DNA of 51,580 nucleotides, the filler included, from Dimargaris cristalligena (lineage: Eukaryota): NCBI GenBank assembly GCA_003614675.1. It is 2 parts of 2 records of this genome, joined end to end, with 100 filler letters (N's around TTAATTAATTAA, not from the genome) between each part and the next. Parts side by side here need not be neighbours in the genome. Positions count along the whole stretch, not along the records: positions 1 to 25,761 come from ML002556.1; 1 more part is not named here. One strand, given 5' to 3'. The notes beneath the pieces were generated by a model. It made no database searches. It saw only the letters and a program-made list of their open reading frames with translations, and was not told the origin of the DNA. This document shows, piece by piece, positions 11,055-23,823 of this stretch (its first letter is position 1; the number at the start of each line of letters is the position of its first letter). A program made the translations under genes and the position numbers.

Positions 11055-11755
11055 GGCGTATTGGTTTCAAAGGGGGGGGTGAATAACCTGTTGGGGGTTT
11101 AACTATACACCGATAGTGCAGAAAGACAAGAAGAACGAGGGTTATTAGTTAGTTTGGTATACAAAAATCTTCGAAGGGAGGTGAAAAAGGGCATGTGGTA
11201 GAGTGTACCGGATTGAGAGGCACTTTTACCACTCCGCCACAGAGGTTTGTTTTCTTTAAGGGGCGGGATATTCTGAATCCGTTTTTTAGAGTTGGGTGGG
11301 ACATTTATTTGCATATAACCCGCCCATTTAAGGCTGGTGCGGTAGACACGGCTACGTGGTCCCCAAGTGAGGCGAGGACTGCTACAGAAACTCTAACCCT
11401 TGTCAGCTATTGTACACCCTGACTTGATGAGCTAACCCCAAACGGCCATCCTTCTCTTAATACCTTCAGGGCCTATACCCCCTCTGTTTCTTACTCCTAG
11501 TCAATGTATTTCCGTTTAGTAACACTGCCCTCCCTCCTATTGTAACGACCCAACCCCCCTGACGCTGCCCAGGCCGCCACATTCCTTCCGGGCATTCGGA
11601 CCGCCACCGGTCCCCCCTTCATTCTTATTAGCCCAAATAACCCTCACTAAACCTTCCACCACTGGTAGCTCTAGCAGACCTTCACTATCCCCATATTCAC
11701 ATTCCGTCTGCGTATCCCCCTATATACTTTCCTCTATCCATTTCCTGCAGCTTCC

Positions 11756-14700
11756 ATGAGCTTTTTCGGTGGCAACAATGCCGGCAACTCTTGGGGCGGC
11801 ATCCTCAAGCAGGCAATCAACTCGGTTGAGAACCGGTTAGACCAAGTTCTGGACATCCAGGGCCCCGAGGCCCCCCAACGACCATCTAGTGGCCTCGATG
11901 GTCCGCGACGTACCCGAAGCACGTCCAACCGGCTCAAAGGCGGGCCACCCACGAACCCCGCTACTCCGGGCGGGACCCCGGGTGCTCGTAGACAAGGTCG
12001 CCCAGTTGCCCTCCCCCACCCCGCTTCCGCCCTTTCCTCCTCCGCCTCCTTGGGCAGTGAACCTATGGTGGCCCGGAGTCAAGAACACTCTCGGCATACT
12101 ACACCATCACCCTCGCCCTCGCTGGTTGCACCGGACGATATCCCCCGGGGTCGGACCCAAAAACTCCGCGCTGGTGCCCTACAGTCCGATCGAGGACCGA
12201 CCCGCCGTTCTCTAGACGACCGCCTCCAGTCCGTGGTTCAACAGCAACAGCAAGCGAATTCACCAACCGACAGTGGTGAACCGCTTGATCTTCTTTCGAC
12301 CCCACTGAGTGAGGGGAGTTCTCCGGCTGCTGAACTCCTTTTACCCCGCGCAGCTACTCCGGTAAAATCCCCTCGGATGGAGCGGGTCTCAGTAGATCCC
12401 CTCAGCTCGACGGAGGATGCTCCCGGTACGGTGGATACTCAAACCACTGCCAGTCACCGAGTTTCCTCCACCATTACTTCGGTTCGCCAGCTGGATAGCT
12501 TAAACGACGACACCACCTCTTCGGTGGGCGAGGATTCCGAAAGCCCCGCAGATAGCCCCGCTCCCTCTGGGTCCGCTACGGCCCATCCTTCAGTGGATTA
12601 TAGTCGTAGCAGCGTCAGTCTAAGTGGGGTTGGAGTAGACAGCTCCCGTAATAGTGGCACCTTTAGCCGCATTTCCGAAGACCACACGGGCGAAATTCTC
12701 GAGCAACGCGAAAAACAGCTAATATCCTTAAATGAACAGAGCAGCCAGGTACTAGAGCAATTGGAGACCACCCGGACCCGACTGGAAATCCAAGAGGCCC
12801 TCGCTGCGACTAAAGCCAAAGAGCATCTGGAGATCCAGCGCTTAAAAGCCGAGGAGGTCGAACGGCTCCAGGCCGAGGTAGACGCCCTTAAAGCGGCCAA
12901 AGGCACTCCCTCCGATGTCACCAAACTCCACAAACTAGTCCAACAACAAAAGGAAAGCCTGGCCGAACGGGACTCCCGGGTCGAACAGTTGATTCAAGAG
13001 GGTGGAGCCTTGTCCAAAAAGGAACTCCGGCTCTCTAACACCATCAAGAAACTGCGCGCCGACCTTGCCGAAGGCGACAAACGGCAGCGGGAGCTGGATG
13101 CCAAGCTCCAACAGGCCCAGGCGAAAACCGACGAGTGGGTCAAGAAATACCAGTCCCAGCTCGACCAGGAGACTCGCAAAAATGATCAACTCAAAGCCCA
13201 TGCGGGCCAAATTGATCGACTGAACCGAACGATCCTGGATCTCCAAAAACAGCTCAAAACCGCCAAAGAGGCCCAGAAGAATTTACAGGTGGCCCTGGAC
13301 GCGTCCGACCAGGACGTTGGGCGGTTTAAGGCCAAGGCCAACCAAGTACAGCGGGATATTAATGCCAAAGTCAAGGAGGGTGAGGTAAGTGGTTATTTTC
13401 AGTGTAATAACAGCTGTTCGAACCATTGCACTATAAGATGGGTGAATGATTCAGTAACCACTTTCAGTAAAGTTGATGTTTACATGGCTCCTCATTGCTT
13501 CCTATGGGCGTATGGTCTAAGCAAGTATATTTGTTTACTCTCCTCATTTATACTTACTGTAAAAAAAAAACATCAATGACTACAGGCGGTTGCGCGTCGA
13601 ACTTTTGAAGAACAAATTGCCGAAGTCAACCAGAGCCACGATTGGCAACGACAGACCTGGGAGACTCTTGTCGAAGAAAAAGACCAAGAACTGGCCCGAC
13701 TCCGGACCGAATCCGGGGAAAAGGAACGCCAACTCATGGCCCAAATCAGCACTTTACGTATGCGCCTTGAACTGGCCGAGTCCAATGGCAATGCCTTCAG
13801 CCTCAATATCCACGAACACACCGCCCCCCTATTCCAACAAATCGAGGACTTGACCAACCAACTTAACCAGGCCACTCAGCAGCGACAGACGAATGAGCGC
13901 AAATTACAGTCTAACCTCAAACGGGTCACCAAACGGTTGGCCGAGCGGGAGGCCAGTTTAGCTGAACTGACCGGGAAGCTTGAAACGCTACGATCCCAAT
14001 TAACGGACCAGCAGACCACCCTGGCGGAGCGTAATAGCCAGCTAGATACCTTGGAGGCGGACCTCGCTGCCCTTGAAACGCAGTGGCGTACCGAACAAAG
14101 CCGGGGGGCCGAGCAGCAGGCTAGGATTGATGAACTAGAAGCTGAGCTGGCGGACCGGGCGGCCGCACAGGCCGAATTGGCGGCCCAACCTCTGCTGCTT
14201 TACGGGTCGTCCCCCATTCTATCGCACCGAGGCTCAATGAGCCATACACACCACTCACGTACGACCACCCCAGTTTTGGGCCCGGCAACCTCGGCGGAAC
14301 CCTCCCCGTCAGAATCTATCCCGTCCTTAACGGAGGCTGTCCCGGCCGAGGCGTCCCCCCGGCTACCCACTATGAAATCGCCCATCTTATTTGCCGCCCT
14401 GTCACCATTTATGGGCCCGGCAACCCCATCGGCGGCGTCGGCGGCAGGGAATACCCCGAACCATTTGGGGTCGGGCTCCTCACGGAGAGGCTCCCTGTCC
14501 TTCACCGCGTCGGGTTCCCCTCGCCGGGGCAGTGTATCCACGACACCTGACCTCACAGCGCCAGTAGCCGGGACCATTTCTACCAACGGAGTGGTCCCGG
14601 TCGTGGCCCACCGGCAACTCCTGACCCAAATCGCGTCCCTCCAAACCCAACTGCAAGTCACCACCCACCGCCGGCAACAGGTCGAAGAGGAACTGGTGGG

Positions 14701-14926
14701 TAAAACCACCGAAGCGGAACAACTCGCCCGCGAGAATAATCGGCTCCAAACGGCCCATACGGAACTCACCCAATTACAAACCCGCCACGCCACCGTGCTC
14801 GAATTGCTGGGGGAAAAGGCCGAACAAGTCCAGGAATTGAAGGCCGATATTGCGGATATTAAGGAGGCGTATAAGATCCAAATTACCGAACTCATTAATA
14901 AGGTGGAAGAATTGTCCCGGCGCTAA
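11756..14926 (+). CDS. TMF1: TATA element modulatory factor 1 / Sgm1-like Golgi coiled-coil protein (exons 11756-13384, 13586-14926; ~989 aa)
   Basis: N-terminal WGGILKQAINSVENRLDQVL; TMF motifs QLIQEGGALSKKELRLSNTIKKLR and C-terminal LELLGEKAEQVQELKADIADIKEAYKIQI. The intron GTAAGT...TACAG joins the two ORFs in frame. Confidence 0.85.
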
Positions 14927-15752
14927 CTTCCCTTCCCCCTCCCCTTCCCTTTTCTTTTGCAAGGAGGGATTGTTGGTGGTGATGCCGAGGTTTTATTTTT
15001 ATTGTTTTTATGATTACCGTTACTTCACGCTTTCGCATTTTCGTGTACATTGCCCAAATTTGTATTTATTATCCACGACCTTCAAATTTTTATTATCTAT
15101 TTTTTCTCATTTTATGTACTTGATTTATTTTCATGGATTTTCACCACTCTACACGATTGATGCTACACTGGCTTACAATGATTCGGTTGTTGGTACCTGC
15201 TACAATTTCCCTTGGCGGACCCTTCGAAATGCCCCGTTTACGATAAATGAGTAAGACGCCTATGTCTATTTGCCTAGCCTCTGGCTACCTAAATTTAAGC
15301 ACAATGCAATGCATAAACCCGCTCTTGACACGCCCTCTCCCCTCTCGGCCTATAGTTTGGTAAATTTGCCTTGGTGTGCAATGCCTGTCCTATTTGTGCA
15401 CGTATCCTTTTTGATTGCATATATATTTCGAAATACCCAAGAATTCTATTGGTTGGTGGCTCAGTGACAACCACGCGATACTATTTTTAATGGTCAAATA
15501 TAAAAATACAAACTAGTTTGCTGTTATGGTGTCATACAAATAAATTTAAATAAAAACAAACAATAAATGATCTACTCCCCTTTGACTCATCCAAAGAGAA
15601 ATGTCGGTGATAACCAATACTTTAAAATAGCCTCCCCCCCTCTCCTCAACTATTCGATCCATCGAAAACGATCTGGAATTCCCAGGGATAAACTACCCAG
15701 TACAGTTGAGTGTGCGGATTACTAAATTGGTCACCCTATTATGGCGGAGCGT

Positions 15753-18491
15753 TTAAGCCGGAAACGGAACGGGGGCAAACATGGGTTCGCGGCCCCGGGG
15801 ACACTGGACATGGTCGTTACCCCACCAGCTCAAAATGAGACCCGGTGATTGGAACGCGAAGAAAATGACCAGTCCCGCGACGGCCAACCCTGAGTCCAGG
15901 GCCACCGAAAAGATGAACCCCAGACGTTCCCACCATTCGTGGTAACGGTCGTGCACCCAGTAATTCAGGATATAGCAGGCCAGGAACCACATGGGGTAAA
16001 CCAGGGCGGGGCCGGGGGGGAAGGCGTCGAGGGCACCTAATACAATGGGGACGTGGATATGCTGTAACCACCGGCGGTTCGGGTATTTGCGCTGCAGCAA
16101 ATACACGGGAATGGGGAGGAGGAAGCCCAGTAGGAAGAACCAGAGGGTAAGGTGGTAGGGCGAGTCAGGGCCGAACATTTTGGAGGGGCCGATGAGACCC
16201 CAGATAACGGACGCGGAGTAAAACGTGTGGGCACCCCGACAGGTCCAGGGCAAATTATCGAGCTCGCACATGCGGGGAATGTTCTCCATGAGGTAGAAGG
16301 CGGTGGCCAACTGAATGACGCCGGCCAAAGTGGTACCGATGGCCTGGCAGATGAACATGTGGCGCGGGGGGATTTTCATGTAGTGGCCCAGTTTCATGTC
16401 GCCAATTAGGGTTAGGCCCTGGGTCATGGTGATGGTGCCGTAGGTTTTGAAGGTCACGTTGGCGATTGGTTTGCCCGGTAGGAGATAGCCGATGATGAAT
16501 TCGGTAATGACATTCAATCCGGGCGCCTGGTTCGACACGGCCGAGATAATGCCGACCGGGATAATAAATAGGGAGGAAATGCCCAGCGCCAGGATCAGGG
16601 CCCACCAGGGAAGTTCGATACCGGCCCATTCGCACAGAACGATGGCCAATCCACCGTTAACCACGAAAATGGTCGTATACCACCAGGCCGGCACCTCCGG
16701 ATAGCGGCGCATCAGTTTGGCGTGGATATCGTCCCGCATCGTACGGGACTCCGTAAACCGGTCCTTAATTTCCTGGCTGTAGTTAAGCGCAATATAAGTT
16801 AGAATCGACGCGAAGGAAGCGAAGCTCAATGCGTAGGTGATGGCGAACTGGAACGACAACCGCAGGGGGCTGTATTCCTGGTAGGCGCCTTCGCTGTATT
16901 GACCACCGGGCATCACCCGGGTGGTGTTGTAGGCGTGGCCGTACACATCGTAGGTGGCCGGGGTATAAATGGGGAAGTGGGAGCTGCCCCACACATTAAA
17001 GTAGTAGGCCAGGGGCACAATGAACCACATGACCGTAACGAAACCTCCGAACATGTTGCAAGCGGCCCAGAACGGGGTGGCGATGGGCGAAGACAAGTAC
17101 GCCGACGAGACCATGCTCCAGTCGAACGTCAGCGAAAACATACCCAATCCGTACCGACCGTCGCCCAGCTGGTTAGCCCACAGACTGCTGGGGGCTAATA
17201 GGCAGAGCAAGGAGATGGATCCCAATCCGGTGAAGAGGTAGCCGGGCACGAAGTACCAGGCGAAACTAAGCATGAAGAACACCCAGAAGTAGTGTACCCG
17301 CGACAGTTGGTTAAGCCGATTAATCCAGCGGATGGGGGCCCAGCGCGATTGTGGTTCGCCGAACGAGTGCAGTTCCTCGCTGCTCCCCCGACCCGATTTA
17401 CCCCACGACAACTGGGAGGAGGGCCGACTGTCATTTTCGTCGACCAGGGTCATTTCGATATCGTCCACGGCCGAATCCGGCTGGAGTCCATCCCTTTTGA
17501 GGAAGCTGTGGGACCGCTGGGCGGCCTCCTTCTCCTCCCGTTCATGGAACGTCCGGAACAGGGCTACGGTCACCAAAGACGAGGGCCAAATCATAGCCGC
17601 AGGCCGCACGAGGTACTTACGGGCAATACCGGCCAGACCGTAACCCACGAGCTGGGAGGTCAGAATAAGGAGAAGACTGGCGAAGAAGGAGAGTTCCATT
17701 TTATAGAATAGTTTCTTGATGACCACTACATCGATCGCGTAAGCGGTCCCCGCACCGGAATTAGCCACCACGGACACGAGGACATGTTCCTTGATCGAAA
17801 AGGGACCGGGATTCAGTTCAAACCGACCGAAGCGACCCCAATCAACGGTGCGCTGGGGCATGGTCCACGCCAGAAATTTGCCCAGGGGATAACTGAGGAG
17901 CATGACAATGACCCCGCCTAAACCAATGGGCGTTTCGCGGAACCAGAAGAATTGATTAACGATGGACATGACCACCAGGAAAGATAGACCGAGGATCCAG
18001 ACGCGGATGGTGAGGGACGGTAGATTGGGATTATCCTTGTTACTCACCGCCGCCCGCACCATTTCGAATGGGGAGTCCTCGTTTTCTTCAATGGGATCGG
18101 CGTCGGTCTCTTTTAATGATGGATCCACCGAGGCGTGGTCACTCGGATGGGCGAGAAAGAAGCGGTCACCGCTTCGGCTACTACCCCTAACAGGGTCGCC
18201 AGCATGGGACGGCGACGACGGTGGTAGCATAGGCTCCTGGGGCGAGCCCAGATATTCCTCGTAAAAAACGGAGTTTTTGCGAAAGGCGTTGATGATGCTG
18301 CCCAAACGACTGGATCGGGCTGCTAAAGGTGAGTTGAGGTCGTTCAAGATATGGTCAGTGTTGGTGCCGCCGGCGGGGGAAAGTGGCTCGAGCATGCTGT
18401 CTCCGTCTAAGTCCGATGGCGACAAATAGCCCGATGGTGACCCCGTTTCGGACAACCGTGGGTTGCGTCGCTTGGGGGGGTCCAGCGGCAT
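15753..18491 (-). CDS. OPT family oligopeptide/glutathione transporter
   Basis: 912-aa intronless ORF with SPFEMVRAAV, NPGPFSIKEH, PAAMIWPSSL, GLNVITEFIIGY and DMKLGHYMKIPPR, plus many transmembrane segments. Confidence 0.97.
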   Translation of the reverse strand: MPLDPPKRRNPRLSETGSPSGYLSPSDLDGDSMLEPLSPAGGTNTDHILNDLNSPLAARSSRLGSIINAFRKNSVFYEEYLGSPQEPMLPPSSPSHAGDPVRGSSRSGDRFFLAHPSDHASVDPSLKETDADPIEENEDSPFEMVRAAVSNKDNPNLPSLTIRVWILGLSFLVVMSIVNQFFWFRETPIGLGGVIVMLLSYPLGKFLAWTMPQRTVDWGRFGRFELNPGPFSIKEHVLVSVVANSGAGTAYAIDVVVIKKLFYKMELSFFASLLLILTSQLVGYGLAGIARKYLVRPAAMIWPSSLVTVALFRTFHEREEKEAAQRSHSFLKRDGLQPDSAVDDIEMTLVDENDSRPSSQLSWGKSGRGSSEELHSFGEPQSRWAPIRWINRLNQLSRVHYFWVFFMLSFAWYFVPGYLFTGLGSISLLCLLAPSSLWANQLGDGRYGLGMFSLTFDWSMVSSAYLSSPIATPFWAACNMFGGFVTVMWFIVPLAYYFNVWGSSHFPIYTPATYDVYGHAYNTTRVMPGGQYSEGAYQEYSPLRLSFQFAITYALSFASFASILTYIALNYSQEIKDRFTESRTMRDDIHAKLMRRYPEVPAWWYTTIFVVNGGLAIVLCEWAGIELPWWALILALGISSLFIIPVGIISAVSNQAPGLNVITEFIIGYLLPGKPIANVTFKTYGTITMTQGLTLIGDMKLGHYMKIPPRHMFICQAIGTTLAGVIQLATAFYLMENIPRMCELDNLPWTCRGAHTFYSASVIWGLIGPSKMFGPDSPYHLTLWFFLLGFLLPIPVYLLQRKYPNRRWLQHIHVPIVLGALDAFPPGPALVYPMWFLACYILNYWVHDRYHEWWERLGFIFSVALDSGLAVAGLVIFFAFQSPGLILSWWGNDHVQCPRGREPMFAPVPFPA

Positions 18492-19984
18492 GGCAAGTGA
18501 ATTACGGGAGGTTGGGCAGGGAAATAAACGAGACTGGGCTTACACAATAGTCGGGGTGGAGGAATGAGCCGCGTGGTAGGACAATGCAAAGTTTAAAAAC
18601 AATAAGTGCCGGGGGGCACTGTGACGTTGACCTTAACGGATGCTGCTGGAGGGAGGGTGGAGAGCAGATGAATACGTATGCGGGGGAACGTAGGCACCGA
18701 TTTACGCTCGGAAGTTGCTTGAAAATAGGGGCGGGTTCGGTAGCAAAGGTAAATGAGGCAGGTTGGATAGGCACTGTAGAAGAGCCACCAGAAAGTGGAG
18801 GGCGGAGTTGAAGCAAAATGGAGCGGTAACTCCTTCTACAAACCAGCGGGAGAATAAGAGGTAAAATAAGTCAAAAGGCAGGCCTTTGCTTAAACAAGAA
18901 AGCCAGATGAGCCAAGAACGCAGTAACTTCTATTTCACAAGGTTTATCACAGAATACTAGTCTCTACATCAACTTTATTGATAATAACTGCTCCCGTTGG
19001 CTTAGCTAAGCATTCTCAAAGGGCGCTACAATACGAAAACTTGCCAGCAGCCAACTGAGAGTGAACAGGAATGAGCATCCTCAGGGTCAATCGATTGTCC
19101 CTCGAATAGTAGCACTGGGGCACGGAAGACCGTGGTCCGGGTTCGCAGTCTTGCTGTTTAGGAGTAGTACACTCGGCAGCTCAATTAATTGGCTATTCAC
19201 AAAGAATGCTGCAAATAGATAAATAAATATATACCTCCGATAAGTCATCTACTCAATCCTAACCATCTGCCCTATACACCGAAAGACGAAGGCCCATTAC
19301 CAAAATAAAAGATATATTAATACAGCCGGGTAGCACAAGTCAGTAAAGGAGCTGCCGGGTGGAGTGGGTTGGTAGATAGTGTGGTATATATTGCAATGTA
19401 TAACAGTTGCCTGTGACCTTTACTAGAGAAATAACCATGCCAATGAAATTTCGGAACTATATGGGTGAAGTTCGGCTCAGTGGTATAAGGTTTTAACTGC
19501 TATGTGTGTGGGAAAATTGGTGGGATGTTTAATTTCAACCAGCAGTATTTGCCTCATCAAATGGATTTTTTATTATACAACCTTATTGAACTACTCCCAT
19601 ATTAAGTAGTGATAGGTGTGGCAAATTTGCAATCATATTAAGATATTGAAAAAAACGCGCTAGCATATTCATGTGTGGAGTAGTTGTAGCCACCGTCATC
19701 TAATTCAATAAGACTAATCGAAAGTACACTCGGCCTGGAAAATACCCCAAGTACCTCTCAACCTGGTATACATAGCCCAACCCGGCATTTTAAAGGTTGT
19801 TGTGGCCGTTTCAGCCTAATATTTCAATAACCTCCATAAAAAAATACAAAGGACCTTGTTCATGGCCCCTTTCTTTATCCATATCACCACCATGGTATTA
19901 TCATAACTATAGAAGCATCCAGCCCAGCTGTTTTACCACGAGTTTTTATCCTATATCGAGTTCTAGCCATTCCTATACCTACCA

Positions 19985-21635
19985 GCTTATCATTTATCTC
20001 CTAAACAACAATTCCCATATATAAAAAGACTTCCCGCCATTGAATTCAATTATATGTTACTAAAAAATATTATATTGTTATTTTATAAAAAAGTACATTT
20101 AACCTGCTCTTTAACAGGCACCACGGAGGTTCGGATCACTCGGTGGCTGTATTTTTGCTGGTCCGGTCCGCCTCAGTGAGAGTGGACTTCCGGTCGAATA
20201 CTGGGTAATCCCTCAGAATGAAAGGGTAATTCCCAGAGACGCCCTGCTTGGGGTGACTGAACGTAATTGATATCTACATTGTTGCAGAGGGCGGCCTGAA
20301 TATCCGTTAACAGGCGGCTGAAATGAATAGGGAGATGGCATGATATCCGGCCATCACCACTGATATATCAAGAAAATAGTAGGACCAAGTTGAGAGGCGA
20401 GAATAGTTTTAATTAGCAAGCACATATTAGTGGGGGGAAGTGTTGTACCTGTAGTTTGGTATGGGTTTTAAGGTGGGAATCCATCAAAGTATTTATACTT
20501 GATGCAAGCAATGGGGTTGTCAACCGGGCGTGTTATAGGACGGCCTGTCAACCATTCCAATGATGCCTATATCATAGTTCTGTTCCATACACTCATCAGG
20601 GGAACAATACATTTATTCATGATTATCGTTAATAGATGCCGTCGACGTTTGTTATTTTATTAGCGCTACTTATTACGCTGAATAGACAAGTCCACGGTCT
20701 GCAATAACCGAAAAGTCGTCGTGCCCATGTGAAAAGAACACGGCACAGATAAATTTTGACTGGAAAAATAGAATAAAAGAAGGAGAAAGATATAGAAATA
20801 AAATTTCGCATGGAAATTTTTCCTTTCTATTTCGGGGAAAGGAATATTTTTACGGATTTTTTTCTTTCCCTTCTATTAACATGATGAGTTTTTAAAAACG
20901 AATTTGTACTTGTAATGGGAAAAGACTGATTATCATACCCCGAAACCCCCATTGTTGCCTATTTAAAGGGATTCATATACGGCCACCATCACTGTATCTG
21001 TATTAGGATGGTCGTCTGGTTCTAGTAAGGCACAATAAGCTAGTATTTTGGCCAGCAGTTCTACTTTTGGCTTCCATTCTTGGGTTAGGGTGGGGACCAA
21101 GGCTCTTGTCTGGAGGCTTCTACAAAACATCAAATTTATGGTGACAGTACAGTAAAACACCTGGTAATTCGGGGTCTGTCTTCACACGAGGGTGATTGAG
21201 CAATTTGTGGCTACCATATCCTACGGTTGAATCTGCTAAGTGACTTGTATGTGGATAGGCGATCCTGTCGGTTATTTCGATAATACTATCAATGGATCCA
21301 GTCACACCCTTCCAGACTGATTTAGCTAGCAACCATATGGCCGCAGTCCTGACATGGTATACCCAATGCCAAATGCCGTGGCCCTTAATAGGAAGGCCAA
21401 AGCTCCCCGACCTTCGGTGATGTACTAAAACCGTGGATGGACCAATAATTCCTGGTAACCACCCGATTACAATTGGGACAGACCATGTTTCTGATTTCTA
21501 GTATTGTACGTTGTCACCCGTACGTATTGGGAAAGAGAATGGTGTGCAGTTCAATGGCTGTGCCATGCTTTCATGAATTGAATACTATGTCGGTATTCCG
21601 TGGAAGTTTTCTTCTTGGCATAATTACCATGCCCT
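19985..21635. repeat. Diverged direct segmental duplication, copy A
   Basis: Collinear with 23824-25190. Shared anchors include atttatctcctaaac, gaattcaatt, aaagtatttata, atcaggggaacaat, ccttaataggaagg, atggaccaataat and caatggctgtgcc. Roughly 65-75% identity by eye; ~20640-21040 has no counterpart in copy B. Confidence 0.9.
20136..20279 (-). pseudogene. Paralog of the 47-aa small ORF with TAG at codon 2
   Basis: Reads M*ISITFSHPKQGVSGNYPFILRDYPVFDRKSTLTEADRTSKNTATE*. Same length and same ATG/stop positions as 23974-24117. Confidence 0.45.
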
Positions 21636-23823
21636 GTCGGAATGGTGCCGCATCTTCTGGGCTGCAAGTAAGTATTGGCGATGTCATTTAGGTGGAAGCG
21701 TGTAATCCCATTGGTATTATTTAATTGCTTTGCCGGGATATTCTCCTCCACTAGGATGTTTACAAGAATACTGTTTGATTACCAAACGGGCCCCTACCGG
21801 ATAATAGAGAGAATGTAAAAGTAAGATGGTACATGGTGAGACGAAAGCCAATATGTAATAATCCAGGCCAAATTCCCAGGATGACGTTGATAGCGACCAT
21901 AATTCCAACAGGCATTCCTGGCCAAGGTTGTGGTTAACATCTAATCAACTACCAGCCCTTTAGATAACTTGTCTACTTCAATACCCTTGCCAACATTATA
22001 GCACTAGTCTACTATCAGAGACCTTAATAGGAATGGTAGGAATGACTAACAGTTACTTCCAGACTAGCTTGTTTGGCCCACAATTACTGGTCATATTATA
22101 GCATAGTATGAATACAAAATTAGACGGGTACAACGATGGGTAGGGGGTGTTAGTTGACTACCGGGTCTACCCGGTGACAGGAGACATGTGTAATGGAATG
22201 AACAACCCAGAGGCGTTTAATGGGTGCCTGAACTCGCATTACAGCGTTCATTGGCCGCCTATTCATCAATCATTCCTCTGAACCAGGGATTGTTACTGTT
22301 GAAGAATATGTTCCTACGTGTTCTTTATTCTATCCTATCTTCACCCAATTATATTTCACTCCACAGAAATTACAACTTAATAAAACTAACCACCTAGAGG
22401 TACCTACCGTCCTCTAGCTGCTTTCTTCCCTTACTTCCAGTTTTATTGTTTAAAGCCTTAGTATTCTAACAGTTACACATACAATAACTGGTCAGAGATG
22501 GGGTATGATTTAGTTTCCGTCCGAACTATTGAATAAAAAATTACTATATGGCGGTGACCACAGTCCAAGTGTTAATAAATTAGTACCCTCTTATCTACTT
22601 ATTCATATTGTTTTTAACTAATATTTTTGATATCGGGTATTAGAAACAGACAGTTGCACTTTACCTTTGTATTTGTCGAATTCCTGCTATTTGATCTTAG
22701 ATATCATTTTCCTAGATATCATTAAAATATTACCACTTTGGCTGCATATATTTAAGTTCTTTGGGTAAGTCACTTTTTTGACTGGTGATTCCATCAATCG
22801 AGATTCATTTATAGTCAAGGGAGATGTCAATGTACAGTAGGGTGCACCTGAGTACAAAGTACTAACTGGAAGTAAATGTATAAGTGATGGGTTATACATT
22901 GTAATTAATTTGGCAACACCCAGGAGAGCCGACTGAGAAATCTTACATGGACCTAATATAACTAGAATGGTCTATCCAAGCAGTATGTCAAAATGGGGTA
23001 ATTTGGTGACTACTTAGGTTATTCTGGACATTACAGTTACTGGAGCTACTGGTTATCACTGCAAATATCCTAAAACCAGATTGCTTACCCTACCCATAAT
23101 TATGGGGTATTCTGGCGGTGGTTGGCGAGTGCCTAAGCATTGTAGCATAAACATTGACGGATAGCCCTGGACTCTTGTTCCTATCAGTACAATTGCCATG
23201 AGTAATAAAAATTAAACTGTGTATTTCGTTGAATAAGTATTTATGGTAAAGGCTATAAATCAAATATCAGCACCAATTTAATTGCCAAAGCACATCATAT
23301 ATATGGTTTATACCCAATCCTACCTCTATATAAAAGATATCGCAGGGCTTCTAATATGTATATATAAAGAATGGTATTGCATTGGGTCCAGGTAAGAAAC
23401 TAGACGTTACCAAGGCACATGGCAAAGTTATCTATTTCGATAAATATAACATTGCTATATTGTGACCATCAATCGCCATTTGGTCAATAGGAAACTTTCA
23501 GCAAGTAGGTGTGAGGAATATCTTCAGGCAACCAACACCTGGCCTCATTGTACAGGCAAAAATATTGTTTAGCACCGACTAAACCAATAATACCACCCTG
23601 GCCTTCATGCAATTGTGCACAGTATTTTAGATTTTATTATAGCTAGTTCAGCCAATTAACCCAGTATACTCCATCAGAATCAAACAAAGACTATCTTCCG
23701 AGACCCTCCTACTTTATGTGTATCGCCACTATGACATTATCATAACTTTGGAAAATCCTAAATCAATTTTATTTTAACGAATCTGTAGCTGGTGCTGGCA
23801 TTTAAACATATATATCTCTATTA

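Noticed and set aside
21539..21630. Similar short ORFs MVCSSMAVP... / MVRSTMAVP... (25101) in the two duplicate copies
   Set aside because: Changes are mostly nonsynonymous and the frames diverge; DNA-level homology explains the similarity.
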